Below, piece after piece: positions 29,395-38,586 of a stretch of 64,000 bases of DNA; within the stretch, counting starts at the first letter, position 1, and the number at the start of each line of letters is the position of its first letter. This DNA is from Acidobacteriota bacterium (lineage in GTDB: Bacteria; Actinomycetota; Acidimicrobiia; Spongiisociales; ZC4RG35). The notes below the pieces were generated by a model. The model did no database searches, was not told the origin of the DNA, and worked only from the letters and a program-made list of their open reading frames with translations. The stretch covers positions 48,883 to 112,882 of the forward strand of contig JACZUI010000001.1 in assembly GCA_022573225.1 (NCBI GenBank), read 5' to 3'. The position numbers were made by a program, and so were the translations under genes.

Positions 29395-31817
29395 CCGCTC
29401 ACCGCAGTGACTCTGACAACCGGATCGGTGCCAAGTGACACCCCGCCGGGCTGATTGAACGGGACGAACACCACGCCCTCAGGCGTGTCTTCATCGATTA
29501 CAGCCGCAAAATCCCCTTCGCCGTGCTTGGTGACGACCCTCATTGGGCGACCTCCCTGAGCGCCAAGCCGACGGGCGTCTTCTGGATTGAGATGGACCAG
29601 CGGACCGGGAGCGAGCCGGTGCAGCGAGGGGCTGTGTCTCATCAACACCCCGTCGTCGTAAAGGGTTCTCGCCACATGCAGGGTCAGGCCTGCCCTCGGT
29701 GCCCGCGGTCCGGCCAGCGACACCGGAATGTGGTTGATCTGCTGGCTTCCTTGGATCGGGACGACCACTCCGTCGCGCTCGTCCCATTCGAGCAGATCCC
29801 AGGTCACACCCTCATATGCAGGGGCAACCTCGGCAATCTCCTTGGCGATGGTCTCAGCCAAAGCCAGCCCAAGGGGCCGGCCGACCCGATCGGCGATGTC
29901 GGCAAGGATCGACCAGTCGGCACGCGCCTGGCCAGGGCCCGGGCTGATCGCGTTGACCTTCTGAACCCGTCCCTCGACGTTGGTGACGAGGCCCTCCTTC
30001 TCGGCGAAGCCGAGCGCCGGGAGGATAACGTCCGCATCCGCGTTCGAATCGTTCAAGAAAAGGTCGATAGAGACCACGTATTCGGCCGCCTCGAGAGCAT
30101 CCCGGGCAATGGCGCCAATCGGGAGATCGTTCACCGGGTCAGCGCCAACGAGAAGCAGGCAACGGATCTCACCGTCGTCTAGTCCTTCGAGAATCGACCT
30201 GGTGTCCTTGCCGGGCGAGGTCGGGAACTCGCCCCAAGACTCAGCGAGGCTGGCACAACCGATCGCACCGACACTCACCCGACCCGGGAGGAGATCGGGT
30301 CCCAGACCCATGTCCAATGCTCCAAACGTGTTGGCCCTTCGGGCCAGGGGCATAATTCGAACCGTGCCGGCCTTGCTTCTGACGAGCGCAGCTACCGACT
30401 CTGCAAGCTTCGGGTCATCGGCAAATGACGTCTGACCTACGATGACGACGACCTTCTGTGCGGCAAGCGCACTCGCTATCTCCGGGTGAACGCCCTCTGC
30501 GATCTCGTCGAGGAGGGCAAAGCCTCCGCCTGGCCGGTAGTGGAGCTTGTGTGTCGCCCGATCGTCGAGACCGGTAGCGCGCGGGTGAACAATGATCAGC
30601 TTGACGCCCAATTCCTGGGCGGCCCGACGGGCCCTGAGATAGAGGTTGGGGTGCTCTTCCTTGAGATCAGCCGCCCAAATCAGGATGGTGTCGGCCGTGT
30701 CGAGATCGGAGATGAGCGCCCGATCAACCGATCCAGCGAGGAAGTGGGACGACAGGGCGTCGTCCATCCGGCAGTCGACGTTGTTGGTTCCGAGAGTGAC
30801 CCGGGCGAATTTGGAGAGAGCGTAAGCATCCTCGTTGGTCCCTCTGGCGCCGCCGATCACCCCAAATGCCGAACCGCCGTCCTCCTCCCAAATGAGGTCT
30901 ATGCGATTGGCCACGATGTCGAGTGCCTCGGCCCAGCCAACCGCAACCAGCTCGCCGCCCCTTTTCACCAACGGCGTCGTGAGCCGATCCTCGGAGCCGA
31001 GATACTCGAAACCGAAACGGTCCTTGTCGGACAGCCAGCCGTGGTTGGTGGCGTCGTTATCGACCCCCACGATGCGAAGAATCTGGTTCTGACTCGAGTG
31101 GATCGAGATTCTCGGATGAGAAGTATCGAACATCCCCGAGCTCTCCACCCGGGACAGATCCCAAGGGCGGGCGCGGAACCGATAAGGCTTGGCCGTGAGT
31201 GCCCCCACCGGACAGATCTGCACTGTGTTGCCTGAGAAATAGGAAGAGAACGGAAGGTCGGGGAAGGTGTTGATCTCGGTTACGTTGCCTCGCTCCTGAA
31301 ACTCGATCAACGGGTCGCCGCTGATCTCATCGGAGAATCTGGTGCAACGGGCGCAGAGGATGCACCGTTCCCGGTCGAGAAGCACCAGATCGGAAATGGG
31401 AATCGGCTTCTCGTAGTTCCGTTTGATCTCGACAAACCGGCTGTCACCAGGACCATGCGACATGGCCTGATCCTGGAGCGGACACTCTCCACCCTTGTCG
31501 CAGACGGGACAGTCGAGCGGGTGATTGGCCAGCAGGAACTCGAGGATCGCCTCCTGCGCCTTCTTCACCGTCGGGCCCTTGGTGTCGACACTCATACCGT
31601 CGGCCACCGTGTCGGTGCACGCGGTCACCAGCATCGGGCCCCGGGGAGATTCGACCTCAACGAGGCACATTCGGCACATGCCCACCGGATTCATCCGCTC
31701 GTGCCAGCAGAAGCGGGGGATATAGGTCCCCTTGTCCTGGGCGGCCTGGATGATCAGCTCGCCTGCCGGGACATCGTGCTCCTGACCGTCGATGGTCATG
31801 CGGACCGACTCGGTCAT
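29391..31817 (-). CDS. nuoG: NADH-quinone oxidoreductase subunit G (operon 2)
   Basis: 808 aa with CWHERMNPVGMCRMCLVEV, HPLDCPVCDKGGECPLQD and CILCARCTRF, followed by a molybdopterin-like domain. Confidence 0.9.
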   Translation of the reverse strand: MTESVRMTIDGQEHDVPAGELIIQAAQDKGTYIPRFCWHERMNPVGMCRMCLVEVESPRGPMLVTACTDTVADGMSVDTKGPTVKKAQEAILEFLLANHPLDCPVCDKGGECPLQDQAMSHGPGDSRFVEIKRNYEKPIPISDLVLLDRERCILCARCTRFSDEISGDPLIEFQERGNVTEINTFPDLPFSSYFSGNTVQICPVGALTAKPYRFRARPWDLSRVESSGMFDTSHPRISIHSSQNQILRIVGVDNDATNHGWLSDKDRFGFEYLGSEDRLTTPLVKRGGELVAVGWAEALDIVANRIDLIWEEDGGSAFGVIGGARGTNEDAYALSKFARVTLGTNNVDCRMDDALSSHFLAGSVDRALISDLDTADTILIWAADLKEEHPNLYLRARRAAQELGVKLIIVHPRATGLDDRATHKLHYRPGGGFALLDEIAEGVHPEIASALAAQKVVVIVGQTSFADDPKLAESVAALVRSKAGTVRIMPLARRANTFGALDMGLGPDLLPGRVSVGAIGCASLAESWGEFPTSPGKDTRSILEGLDDGEIRCLLLVGADPVNDLPIGAIARDALEAAEYVVSIDLFLNDSNADADVILPALGFAEKEGLVTNVEGRVQKVNAISPGPGQARADWSILADIADRVGRPLGLALAETIAKEIAEVAPAYEGVTWDLLEWDERDGVVVPIQGSQQINHIPVSLAGPRAPRAGLTLHVARTLYDDGVLMRHSPSLHRLAPGPLVHLNPEDARRLGAQGGRPMRVVTKHGEGDFAAVIDEDTPEGVVFVPFNQPGGVSLGTDPVVRVTAVSG

Positions 31818-33229
31818 GCGGGGCTGCCTTCTCCTGGGGGACGACCCCCAGATCCCCGCTCGCGCCTCGTCTCGACGGCCAAGACTTCCGGGCGATCAAT
31901 GTCAGTTTCAGAGTTGGAGGCCCCTCGCGCAGCTGTGCCCAGCGGGCACCGGCCGAGACGGACGTGCTCCATGACCTCGTCCCTGAAGTAGTCGCGAAGG
32001 GCAATCACCGGGGATACCGCCGATGGCCCCAGCGGGCAGATGGTCGTCATCTTTGGGGGCCAAGCCAGCCCGATACTGATGCCGTCGGAAACATCGAGGA
32101 GTAGGTCGAGGTCGACTTCACGGCCCTGGCCTTCTTCGATTCGGCGGAGGATCATCTCCATCCAGGTGGTTCCTTCGCGACACGGGGTGCACTGGCCGCA
32201 TGATTCATGTGCGAAGAAACGGACCAGTCTCTCCGCCGCACGAACCGTGCATGTGGTCTCGTCCATGACGATGACGGCGCCAGATCCCAGCATCGAGCCG
32301 GCCCCTTCGGTCGCCTCCTTCGTGATCTCGAGGTCGAGATGCTGCGCAGGCACGAACCACGGCGCCGAGGCGCCGCCCGGTATCCATGCCTTCAATTTCC
32401 TGTCGTCTCTGATGCCGCCGGCCACTTCATAGATCAGCTCCCGCCATGTGATCCCATGTGCCAGCTCGTAGTTGCCAGGCCCGTTGACATGACCCGACAC
32501 CGAGAACAGGAAGGTCCCGGTATCTGTCTCATGGGCAACCTTGCCGTACTCCTCGGCACCCATGTCGAGTATGTGGGGGAGGTTTGACACCGTCTCGACG
32601 TTGTTCACGATCGTCGGCAACATATAGAGGCCCTTGGCCGCCGGGAAGTAGGGCGGCTTGAGCCTCGGCTCGCCCCGCTTGCCTTCGAGCGAGTTGATCA
32701 GTGCGGTCTCCTCGCCACAGATGTAGGCCCCGCCGCCAAGATGGATGGTTACCTCGAGATCGTGATCGGAGCCAAAGATCCCGCTGCCGAGGTAGCCACA
32801 GGCATACGCCTCGTCAACGGCCGCCTGCACCCGCCTGGCCGACTTCGGATACTCCCCGCGGATGTAGATGAAGGCGTGATGAACCTCATTCGCGATAGCG
32901 GTGATGATGATTCCTTCGACCATCTGGTGGGGATCGCGCTCGAGCAGCTGGCGATCCTTGAAGGTCCCGGGCTCCGACTCGTCTGCGTTGATCACGAGAT
33001 AGGCCGGCCGGGCCGGGGCAAGGAAGCTCCACTTGAGGCCCGCCGAGAATGCCGCCCCTCCCCGACCCAGCAGACCGGAGGCCTTTACGGTGTCGACGAG
33101 CTCGTCTCGTGTCATGCCCACGGCTCGACGCGCCTGGACATATCCGCCCGTGTCCTCGTAGACATCGATCCTGTGGGAGTCGGCTGGGTGATCGATCATC
33201 CTCCTGGTGACTATGAGTGCCGCGCTCAC
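31814..33229 (-). CDS. nuoF: NADH-quinone oxidoreductase subunit F (operon 2)
   Basis: GLLGRGGAAFSAGLKW (FMN/NADH site) and ESCGQCTPCREG (N3 cluster). About 45 aa of low-complexity C-terminal tail. Confidence 0.9.
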   Translation of the reverse strand: MSAALIVTRRMIDHPADSHRIDVYEDTGGYVQARRAVGMTRDELVDTVKASGLLGRGGAAFSAGLKWSFLAPARPAYLVINADESEPGTFKDRQLLERDPHQMVEGIIITAIANEVHHAFIYIRGEYPKSARRVQAAVDEAYACGYLGSGIFGSDHDLEVTIHLGGGAYICGEETALINSLEGKRGEPRLKPPYFPAAKGLYMLPTIVNNVETVSNLPHILDMGAEEYGKVAHETDTGTFLFSVSGHVNGPGNYELAHGITWRELIYEVAGGIRDDRKLKAWIPGGASAPWFVPAQHLDLEITKEATEGAGSMLGSGAVIVMDETTCTVRAAERLVRFFAHESCGQCTPCREGTTWMEMILRRIEEGQGREVDLDLLLDVSDGISIGLAWPPKMTTICPLGPSAVSPVIALRDYFRDEVMEHVRLGRCPLGTAARGASNSETDIDRPEVLAVETRRERGSGGRPPGEGSPA

Positions 33230-33849
33230 TCGCCGACCTCGGTTCCCACGGTTCCCAGGGGTTGGAATGCCGGGTAGGGCCCGATTGCCCCGTCAACCTC
33301 GGAGACCGCCCAATCGAAACTCCTCACCCCACCGAAAAGCTCCTGCATCTCGTCGGTGTTCACGACTTCTGGGCGGGCGCTTCTCAGCCAATTGACCAGA
33401 TCTCTGGCCTTCTCCGAGGTCACCCCCTCGATGAGCTCGTAGTTGACTTGCACCGCCGGCGCGCCGCCGCAGGCGCCGATGCACTCGACGTGCTCGACCG
33501 AGAGCAGCCCCTCATCGTCGGTCTCCCCATGGGGAACGCCCGACTCGTCCTCGACTGCATGGAGTATGTCGTCGCCACCGAGAAGCATGCAGGAGATGGA
33601 AGTGCAGCAAGAGACGAGGTAGCGACCTGTCTTCTCCCGCTTGTACATCGTGTAGAAGCTGGCAACCGACCGAACCTGGGCGGGGGTGATGCCCACCCAA
33701 AGAGCGACTTCTTCCATCCCCTCGTCAGTGAGATATCCGTCTTCGGCCATTGCCAGGTACAGCAAGGGCATCACGGCGGACCGCTTCTCCGGATACCGGG
33801 AAATGATCTCTTTGGCCCTGACCTGGGTCTCCTCAGACCAGATGCTCAT
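33226..33849 (-). CDS. nuoE: NADH-quinone oxidoreductase subunit E (operon 2)
   Basis: 2Fe-2S motifs VSCCTSISCMLLGG and CIGACGGAPAVQVN. Confidence 0.9.
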   Translation of the reverse strand: MSIWSEETQVRAKEIISRYPEKRSAVMPLLYLAMAEDGYLTDEGMEEVALWVGITPAQVRSVASFYTMYKREKTGRYLVSCCTSISCMLLGGDDILHAVEDESGVPHGETDDEGLLSVEHVECIGACGGAPAVQVNYELIEGVTSEKARDLVNWLRSARPEVVNTDEMQELFGGVRSFDWAVSEVDGAIGPYPAFQPLGTVGTEVGE

Positions 33850-35195
33850 CTATCGACATCCCCCATCACGGGATCCATCGACGCGATGGTGGCGACCGTG
33901 TCCGCCATGAGGGAATCCGCCATGGTGATCGGCAGCGCCTGGAGATTGGCAAACGACGGTGCCCGGGTGTGCATCCGGTACGGCATGGCGCCACCGTCGG
34001 AAACCAGGTAGCAGCCAAGCTCGCCGCGCGGGGACTCCACCGCAACATAGGTCTCCCCCTCCGGCACCTTGAAACCCTCGGTGAAGAGCTTGAAATGATG
34101 GATCAAGGCCTCCATCGACTCGTCGATCCGAGCTCTGGGCGGCGGAGTGACCTTTCGATCGTCGACCCGGTAGTCGCCCTTCGGCATGGCGTCCATCACC
34201 TGTTCGACGATCTTGAGCGACTCGTGCATTTCGTCCACCCTCACGCGGTAACGGTCGTAGACATCTCCTTTTGACCCCAGCGGAACATCGAACTCGTAGT
34301 TCTCAATGCCCGAGTAAGGGAACGCCTTGCGCAGATCCCAGTCGACTCCGGTCGCGCGAAGCGCCGGCCCGGTGATCGCGTACCCGATGGCCTCCTCGGG
34401 TGTGATCACCCCAACGCCCTTCGTTCGTGAGAGCCAGATGGGGTTATTCCGGAGAAGATCGTCGTATTGGGCGAAACGAATCGGCATCTCCTCGAGAATC
34501 ACGGCGATGTCGTCCTTCCATCCAGGATGAAGGTCGGCCGCCACACCCCCGGGTCGGATGTAGTTGTGGTTCATCCGGAGACCGGTGGTCTTCTCCAGGA
34601 AATCGAGAATCAACTCCCTCTCCCGGAAACCGTAGATCATCATCGACACGGCACCGATGTCCATCCCATTCGTCGCCAGAGCGACAAGGTGGGAGGACAC
34701 CCGGTTCAACTCCGTCATGAGGATCCGAATCGCGTCGGCACGAGGCGGCACCTCGACCCCCATGAGCTCCTCCACGGCAAGGCAATAGGCCAACTCTCCG
34801 TGAAGCGGAGCGAGATAATCCATCCTGGTGACGTTGGTTGTCCCCTGGCTGAACGTGAGCCCCTCCGCTGTCTTCTCCATGCCCGTATGCAGGTACCCGA
34901 TGATCGGCTTGGACCTTCTGATGATCTCGCCCTCGAGTTCGAGCTGAAGCCGAAGGACGCCGTGGGTCGACGGATGCTGGGGCCCCATATTGACGATCAT
35001 TCGCTCGCCGTCATCGACCACTTCATCGAACAAGTAATCGTCCTCGACAACCCGACCGAACTGAGCGTCGAGGCGGCTCTCCGACTCCTCGGCGGAGATC
35101 TCCTGGGCGCCCTCGTCGGTAGGAGCGAACTGGGACTCCTCAGTTCCCGCGATCCAGAGGTCGACGGTCTCGGTCGACTTGGTCTCGTCACTCAT
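33846..35195 (-). CDS. nuoD: NADH-quinone oxidoreductase subunit D (operon 2), with acidic N-terminal extension
   Basis: 449 aa with NMGPQHPSTHGVLRL, C-terminus DPVMGDVDR, and about 55 acidic residues ahead of the conserved core. Confidence 0.9.
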   Translation of the reverse strand: MSDETKSTETVDLWIAGTEESQFAPTDEGAQEISAEESESRLDAQFGRVVEDDYLFDEVVDDGERMIVNMGPQHPSTHGVLRLQLELEGEIIRRSKPIIGYLHTGMEKTAEGLTFSQGTTNVTRMDYLAPLHGELAYCLAVEELMGVEVPPRADAIRILMTELNRVSSHLVALATNGMDIGAVSMMIYGFRERELILDFLEKTTGLRMNHNYIRPGGVAADLHPGWKDDIAVILEEMPIRFAQYDDLLRNNPIWLSRTKGVGVITPEEAIGYAITGPALRATGVDWDLRKAFPYSGIENYEFDVPLGSKGDVYDRYRVRVDEMHESLKIVEQVMDAMPKGDYRVDDRKVTPPPRARIDESMEALIHHFKLFTEGFKVPEGETYVAVESPRGELGCYLVSDGGAMPYRMHTRAPSFANLQALPITMADSLMADTVATIASMDPVMGDVDR

Positions 35196-35196
35196 C

Positions 35197-35667
35197 TCAA
35201 TTCACCTGATGGCTCGCCTTGAACTGAACAGGCACCGAACCCACGCCAAAGTCCTTGCGCAGGGGGTGTCCCTCCCAGTCGTCTGGCATGAGGATCCGGG
35301 TCAGGTCTGGATGCCCCTCGAACACGACACCGAACATGTCGTAGGCCTCCCGCTCTGCGAAATCGGCCCCGGGCCAGAGCGGGACCAGGGACGCCACCAC
35401 CGGCTCCTGGCGGGGGGCTGTGGTGATCATGCGAAGTCTGGCTCGATGCTGCATGGAGAGCAGGTTCGCGACGACCTCGTATCGCTCGGGCCGCGACCGC
35501 ATCCGATCGACAACAGTGACATCAACGCAAACCTCGAAACCCGCTGCCTTCGCCGAACTGGCGAAACCCAACCAGTCGGCGTTTTCGACTCGGGCTACGT
35601 CCTGACCGTGGGAGTCCTCCAGGGTGACCTGCTCGAACTCTGCGACCAGCTTCTCAACAATCCTCAC
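35197..35667 (-). CDS. nuoC: NADH-quinone oxidoreductase subunit C (operon 2)
   Basis: GTG start at 35667 overlapping the nuoB TGA. Contains [20 protein letters not shown]. Confidence 0.85.
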   Translation of the reverse strand: MRIVEKLVAEFEQVTLEDSHGQDVARVENADWLGFASSAKAAGFEVCVDVTVVDRMRSRPERYEVVANLLSMQHRARLRMITTAPRQEPVVASLVPLWPGADFAEREAYDMFGVVFEGHPDLTRILMPDDWEGHPLRKDFGVGSVPVQFKASHQVN

Positions 35668-36131
35668 CTGACTATCTCCCCGCTCATGATCTTGTCGTGC
35701 AACGTGAGGATGCCGTGCAGGAGGCTTTGCGGTCCTGGCGGGCATCCCGGCACGTAGATATCAACGGGAACAATCTGGTCGACACCCTGCACCAGCGCAT
35801 AGTTGTTGAACATCCCGCCCGTAGAGGCACAGGCGCCCATGGAAACCACCCACTTGGGGTCGGGCATCTGGTCATAGACCTGACGCAGCACCGGCGCCAT
35901 CTTCTGGCTGACCCTGCCTGCGACGATCATCAGATCCGCCTGGCGGGGCGAGGCTCGGAAGACCTCCATCCCAAATCGGGCCATGTCATAGTGCGCGGCG
36001 CCCGTCGCCATCATCTCGATCGCGCAGCACGCCAGACCGAAGGTGGCTGGCCACATCGAACGAGTGCGGGCCCACCGCGCTGCCCTTTCGATGGTGGTCA
36101 TCATCAGATTGCCAGGGGCCGTAATTGGCAC
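35664..36131 (-). CDS. nuoB: NADH-quinone oxidoreductase subunit B (operon 2)
   Basis: [22 protein letters not shown] and [10 protein letters not shown]. Confidence 0.9.
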   Translation of the reverse strand: MPITAPGNLMMTTIERAARWARTRSMWPATFGLACCAIEMMATGAAHYDMARFGMEVFRASPRQADLMIVAGRVSQKMAPVLRQVYDQMPDPKWVVSMGACASTGGMFNNYALVQGVDQIVPVDIYVPGCPPGPQSLLHGILTLHDKIMSGEIVR

Positions 36132-36153
36132 TAGTGCCCCGTCTCAAGAACCA

Positions 36154-36576
36154 CTAGGCCGCCTCATCAACCGCGTCGGATGGCAGGTAACGGGAACGCT
36201 GTCTGACGTTCCAATCGAGCGCGCCACGCTTCCACACGTACGCAAGCGTCTCGAAAACGAAGAAGGTGAAGATGAGGATCGCTCCGACGCCAAACCAGCC
36301 AAGCCTGACGTATATAGAGGCCCACGCGAAGAGGAAGATGATCTCGACGTCGAAAATGACGAAGAGCATGGCCACCAGATAGAACTTCACCGGGAATCGT
36401 TGGATCGGCTCTACCTCGGGAACAATGCCGCATTCGTAGGGATCCAACTTCTCGGGGGTGGGTCGGTCGGGTCGAACGAACCTTGACGCAACCAGGGAGC
36501 CGACCACAAAAAGACCAGCCAGTACCAGCATGAGAGCGATCGGGAGATAGTCGGCGAGCGTCACGCTGTCGAGCAT
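36154..36576 (-). CDS. nuoA: NADH-quinone oxidoreductase subunit A (operon 2)
   Basis: Start at the internal ATG at 36576 (MLDSVTLADYLPIALML...), with YECGIVP and FVIFDVEIIFLFAWA. Confidence 0.85.
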   Translation of the reverse strand: MLDSVTLADYLPIALMLVLAGLFVVGSLVASRFVRPDRPTPEKLDPYECGIVPEVEPIQRFPVKFYLVAMLFVIFDVEIIFLFAWASIYVRLGWFGVGAILIFTFFVFETLAYVWKRGALDWNVRQRSRYLPSDAVDEAA

Positions 36577-36590
36577 AGAACGCACCAACT

Positions 36591-36608
36591 TTGTGAAAGA
36601 AATCGCAA
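36591..36608. promoter_or_regulatory. Candidate Rex operator (ROP-like) upstream of nuoA operon 2
   Basis: TTGTGAAAGAAATCGCAA against the Streptomyces ROP consensus TTGTGAA-N4-TTCACAA. The left half is perfect and the right half matches 5/7. It lies 15 nt upstream of the nuoA ATG, and rex is encoded 3.4 kb away. Confidence 0.35.
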
Positions 36609-36688
36609 AGAGGCCATTTCTGACTAGCCGGCGTGAACCAACTCGTCCCTTCGGGCCGCTGAATAGATCGCCGGGTCGCCAATGGCGC

Positions 36689-37828
36689 TCAGGGCTGGGT
36701 GGGCACCACGCAACTAGAGGTGCTCGGCGATCCAACAGTGCCGGAAAACGGAATTGGCTCAATGACCGGAGTTCCTGATTCGTCGGACGTGAGATAGCGG
36801 ATCAGCCCCCGATAGACCGCGTCGGCATAGGCCATCTGCACGAGGCTGGTCCCAAGGAGCCGTTCCTCCTTCGCCTTGGAGATGTACAGGCCCTCGACGA
36901 TGACGCTCGAGGAATCCGAGCGACGGAGAAGCCCATAGAAATCGTCCCCAGTGCCAGGGTCGACCCGTGCTTTGGGGCCACTGATCTTTTCGCCTTCCCA
37001 GGAACTGGCGAACGGACTGAGGCCGCGAATCAATTCCTCATGGATAAGTGAGGCAAGACGATCCGAGCCAGGCGAGGAGACCGCGTAGAACACCTCGGAA
37101 CCCGGGGTCGACCGGGTCGCTGTAGGCGAGCTGTTGTTGTGAATGGCAACAAGAGCGTCAGCGCCCGCTCCGTTGGCGACTTCGGCGCGATAGGCAAGGC
37201 CAAGCTCGAAATCACCGTCATCCGGCCCTTCGGGACCGCGAGTCATCCACACCGAGGCGACAGCCGGATACTCATCACCGGGACGAACGTGACCGGTCTT
37301 CCAATCGATGTCTTGTGAGCCTGCCAGCCGGTTGCGGAGCAAGATCGAGATCGAGAGGTTGAAATCCTTCTCGTTTGAGCCACTCGGGCCCTTGGCTCCC
37401 TTGTCGCGACCCCCGTGCCCGGGATCGACGACGATCACCGCACTGGATAGGTCGAAGCCAGCGCCCGGACTGGCGGCTGTCGATCGGGCCACGACCTCGA
37501 CGTCCGAGCGACGGACCCACTCCTCCGAGCCGCAGGTCGTGACCACCTGAAGCCAATCGCCGCTGTCGGAGACAATCGGTAGGAGGAGGTTTTCGTGTGA
37601 CCGGTATGAGACCGGTCCGTCGATGACGGAAGAGATATCGGCGCCGCCCTGTGGGACGACAGCCAAGCCGGCCGGCCCGTCTGGAACGGCCACCCGGCTG
37701 GGTGTTGTGGCCGCCACCGTGCTGGAGTTAGATCCGTCACCGCCCTCTGGTGCAGGAGCGCATGCCGCAGCCAGGAGCAGGAGGGCTGTCAGCGCAGCAA
37801 TCTTGGTGGGCGGTTGGCTTTGGGCCAC
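36689..37828 (-). CDS. N-acetylmuramoyl-L-alanine amidase (Amidase_3) lipoprotein
   Basis: Lipobox LLLAAAC. Motifs VVDPGHGGRDKGA, NEKDFNLSISILL and ADALVAIHNNS. Confidence 0.8.
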   Translation of the reverse strand: MAQSQPPTKIAALTALLLLAAACAPAPEGGDGSNSSTVAATTPSRVAVPDGPAGLAVVPQGGADISSVIDGPVSYRSHENLLLPIVSDSGDWLQVVTTCGSEEWVRRSDVEVVARSTAASPGAGFDLSSAVIVVDPGHGGRDKGAKGPSGSNEKDFNLSISILLRNRLAGSQDIDWKTGHVRPGDEYPAVASVWMTRGPEGPDDGDFELGLAYRAEVANGAGADALVAIHNNSSPTATRSTPGSEVFYAVSSPGSDRLASLIHEELIRGLSPFASSWEGEKISGPKARVDPGTGDDFYGLLRRSDSSSVIVEGLYISKAKEERLLGTSLVQMAYADAVYRGLIRYLTSDESGTPVIEPIPFSGTVGSPSTSSCVVPTQP

Positions 37829-37917
37829 GACTCCGTGTGGTTAGGTCGGGTGAGGGGGTGGCGGTCAACATAGACCCCAATCCTGGTTACCGGCGGTTGG
37901 ATGCTCGCCGGTGATCC

Positions 37918-38586
37918 TCACCGAATGAGGAGGTCGGCGATCCCGCCCAGGTCGGTCGCGGTGACTTCTGGAAGATCGTCGGGCAGGCTCCACACCGCAG
38001 ACGGACGACTGACATACGCGGCCTGTGCTCCTGCGTGCAACGCCCCGGCCACATCCCAGTCGTGGGCAGCGATCATCATCGTCTGGTCGATTCCGACATC
38101 CATCAGATCGGCGGCGTGCCGATAGGGAAGCGGATCCGGCTTGAACCTGCCCACCTCCTCCACCGAGATCACCTTCTCGAAGAAGACGCGAAGATCGGCA
38201 TTCTCGATCTGGGCGTTGGCCGCCCTGGTGCTTCCGTTGGTGAGGGTCACGGTTCGGAAACCGGCGTCGACAAGCCTCTCCAACGCCGGGATGACATCGG
38301 GGTGGGCCGGGAGGTCAGCCATGCCGGCCACCACTGCGGCCGCCTGATTCTCGCTGATCTCGACATTCCTCTTCCCGGCGACGATGAGCAGCGCCTCAGC
38401 GCCGATGGCACCGAAAGGCCGATACGAGTCGAGATGGTTCGAGACGAGCGAGCCGTGCAGCATCCGGGCGAACCACTCGCCAAGAGGCTGGGCAGCACCA
38501 AACATTGCTTCGAAATCGGCAGCGAGAGGTGAAAGGTCGAGGAGCGTCTCGTTCACGTCGAACACGAGGACGCTCGGCCGCCTCAT
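37918..38586 (-). CDS. HAD-superfamily hydrolase (haloacid dehalogenase type II-like)
   Basis: VLVFDVNETLLDL (motif I), TLTNGS (motif II) and AAHDWDVAGA (motif IV region). Confidence 0.7.
   Translation of the reverse strand: MRRPSVLVFDVNETLLDLSPLAADFEAMFGAAQPLGEWFARMLHGSLVSNHLDSYRPFGAIGAEALLIVAGKRNVEISENQAAAVVAGMADLPAHPDVIPALERLVDAGFRTVTLTNGSTRAANAQIENADLRVFFEKVISVEEVGRFKPDPLPYRHAADLMDVGIDQTMMIAAHDWDVAGALHAGAQAAYVSRPSAVWSLPDDLPEVTATDLGGIADLLIR

Noticed and set aside
21730-36576. The two nuo clusters considered as a recent segmental duplication or assembly artefact
   Set aside because: Paralogous subunits differ extensively at the protein level, gene content differs (11 versus 14 genes), and junction structures differ. 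These are ancient paralogues.
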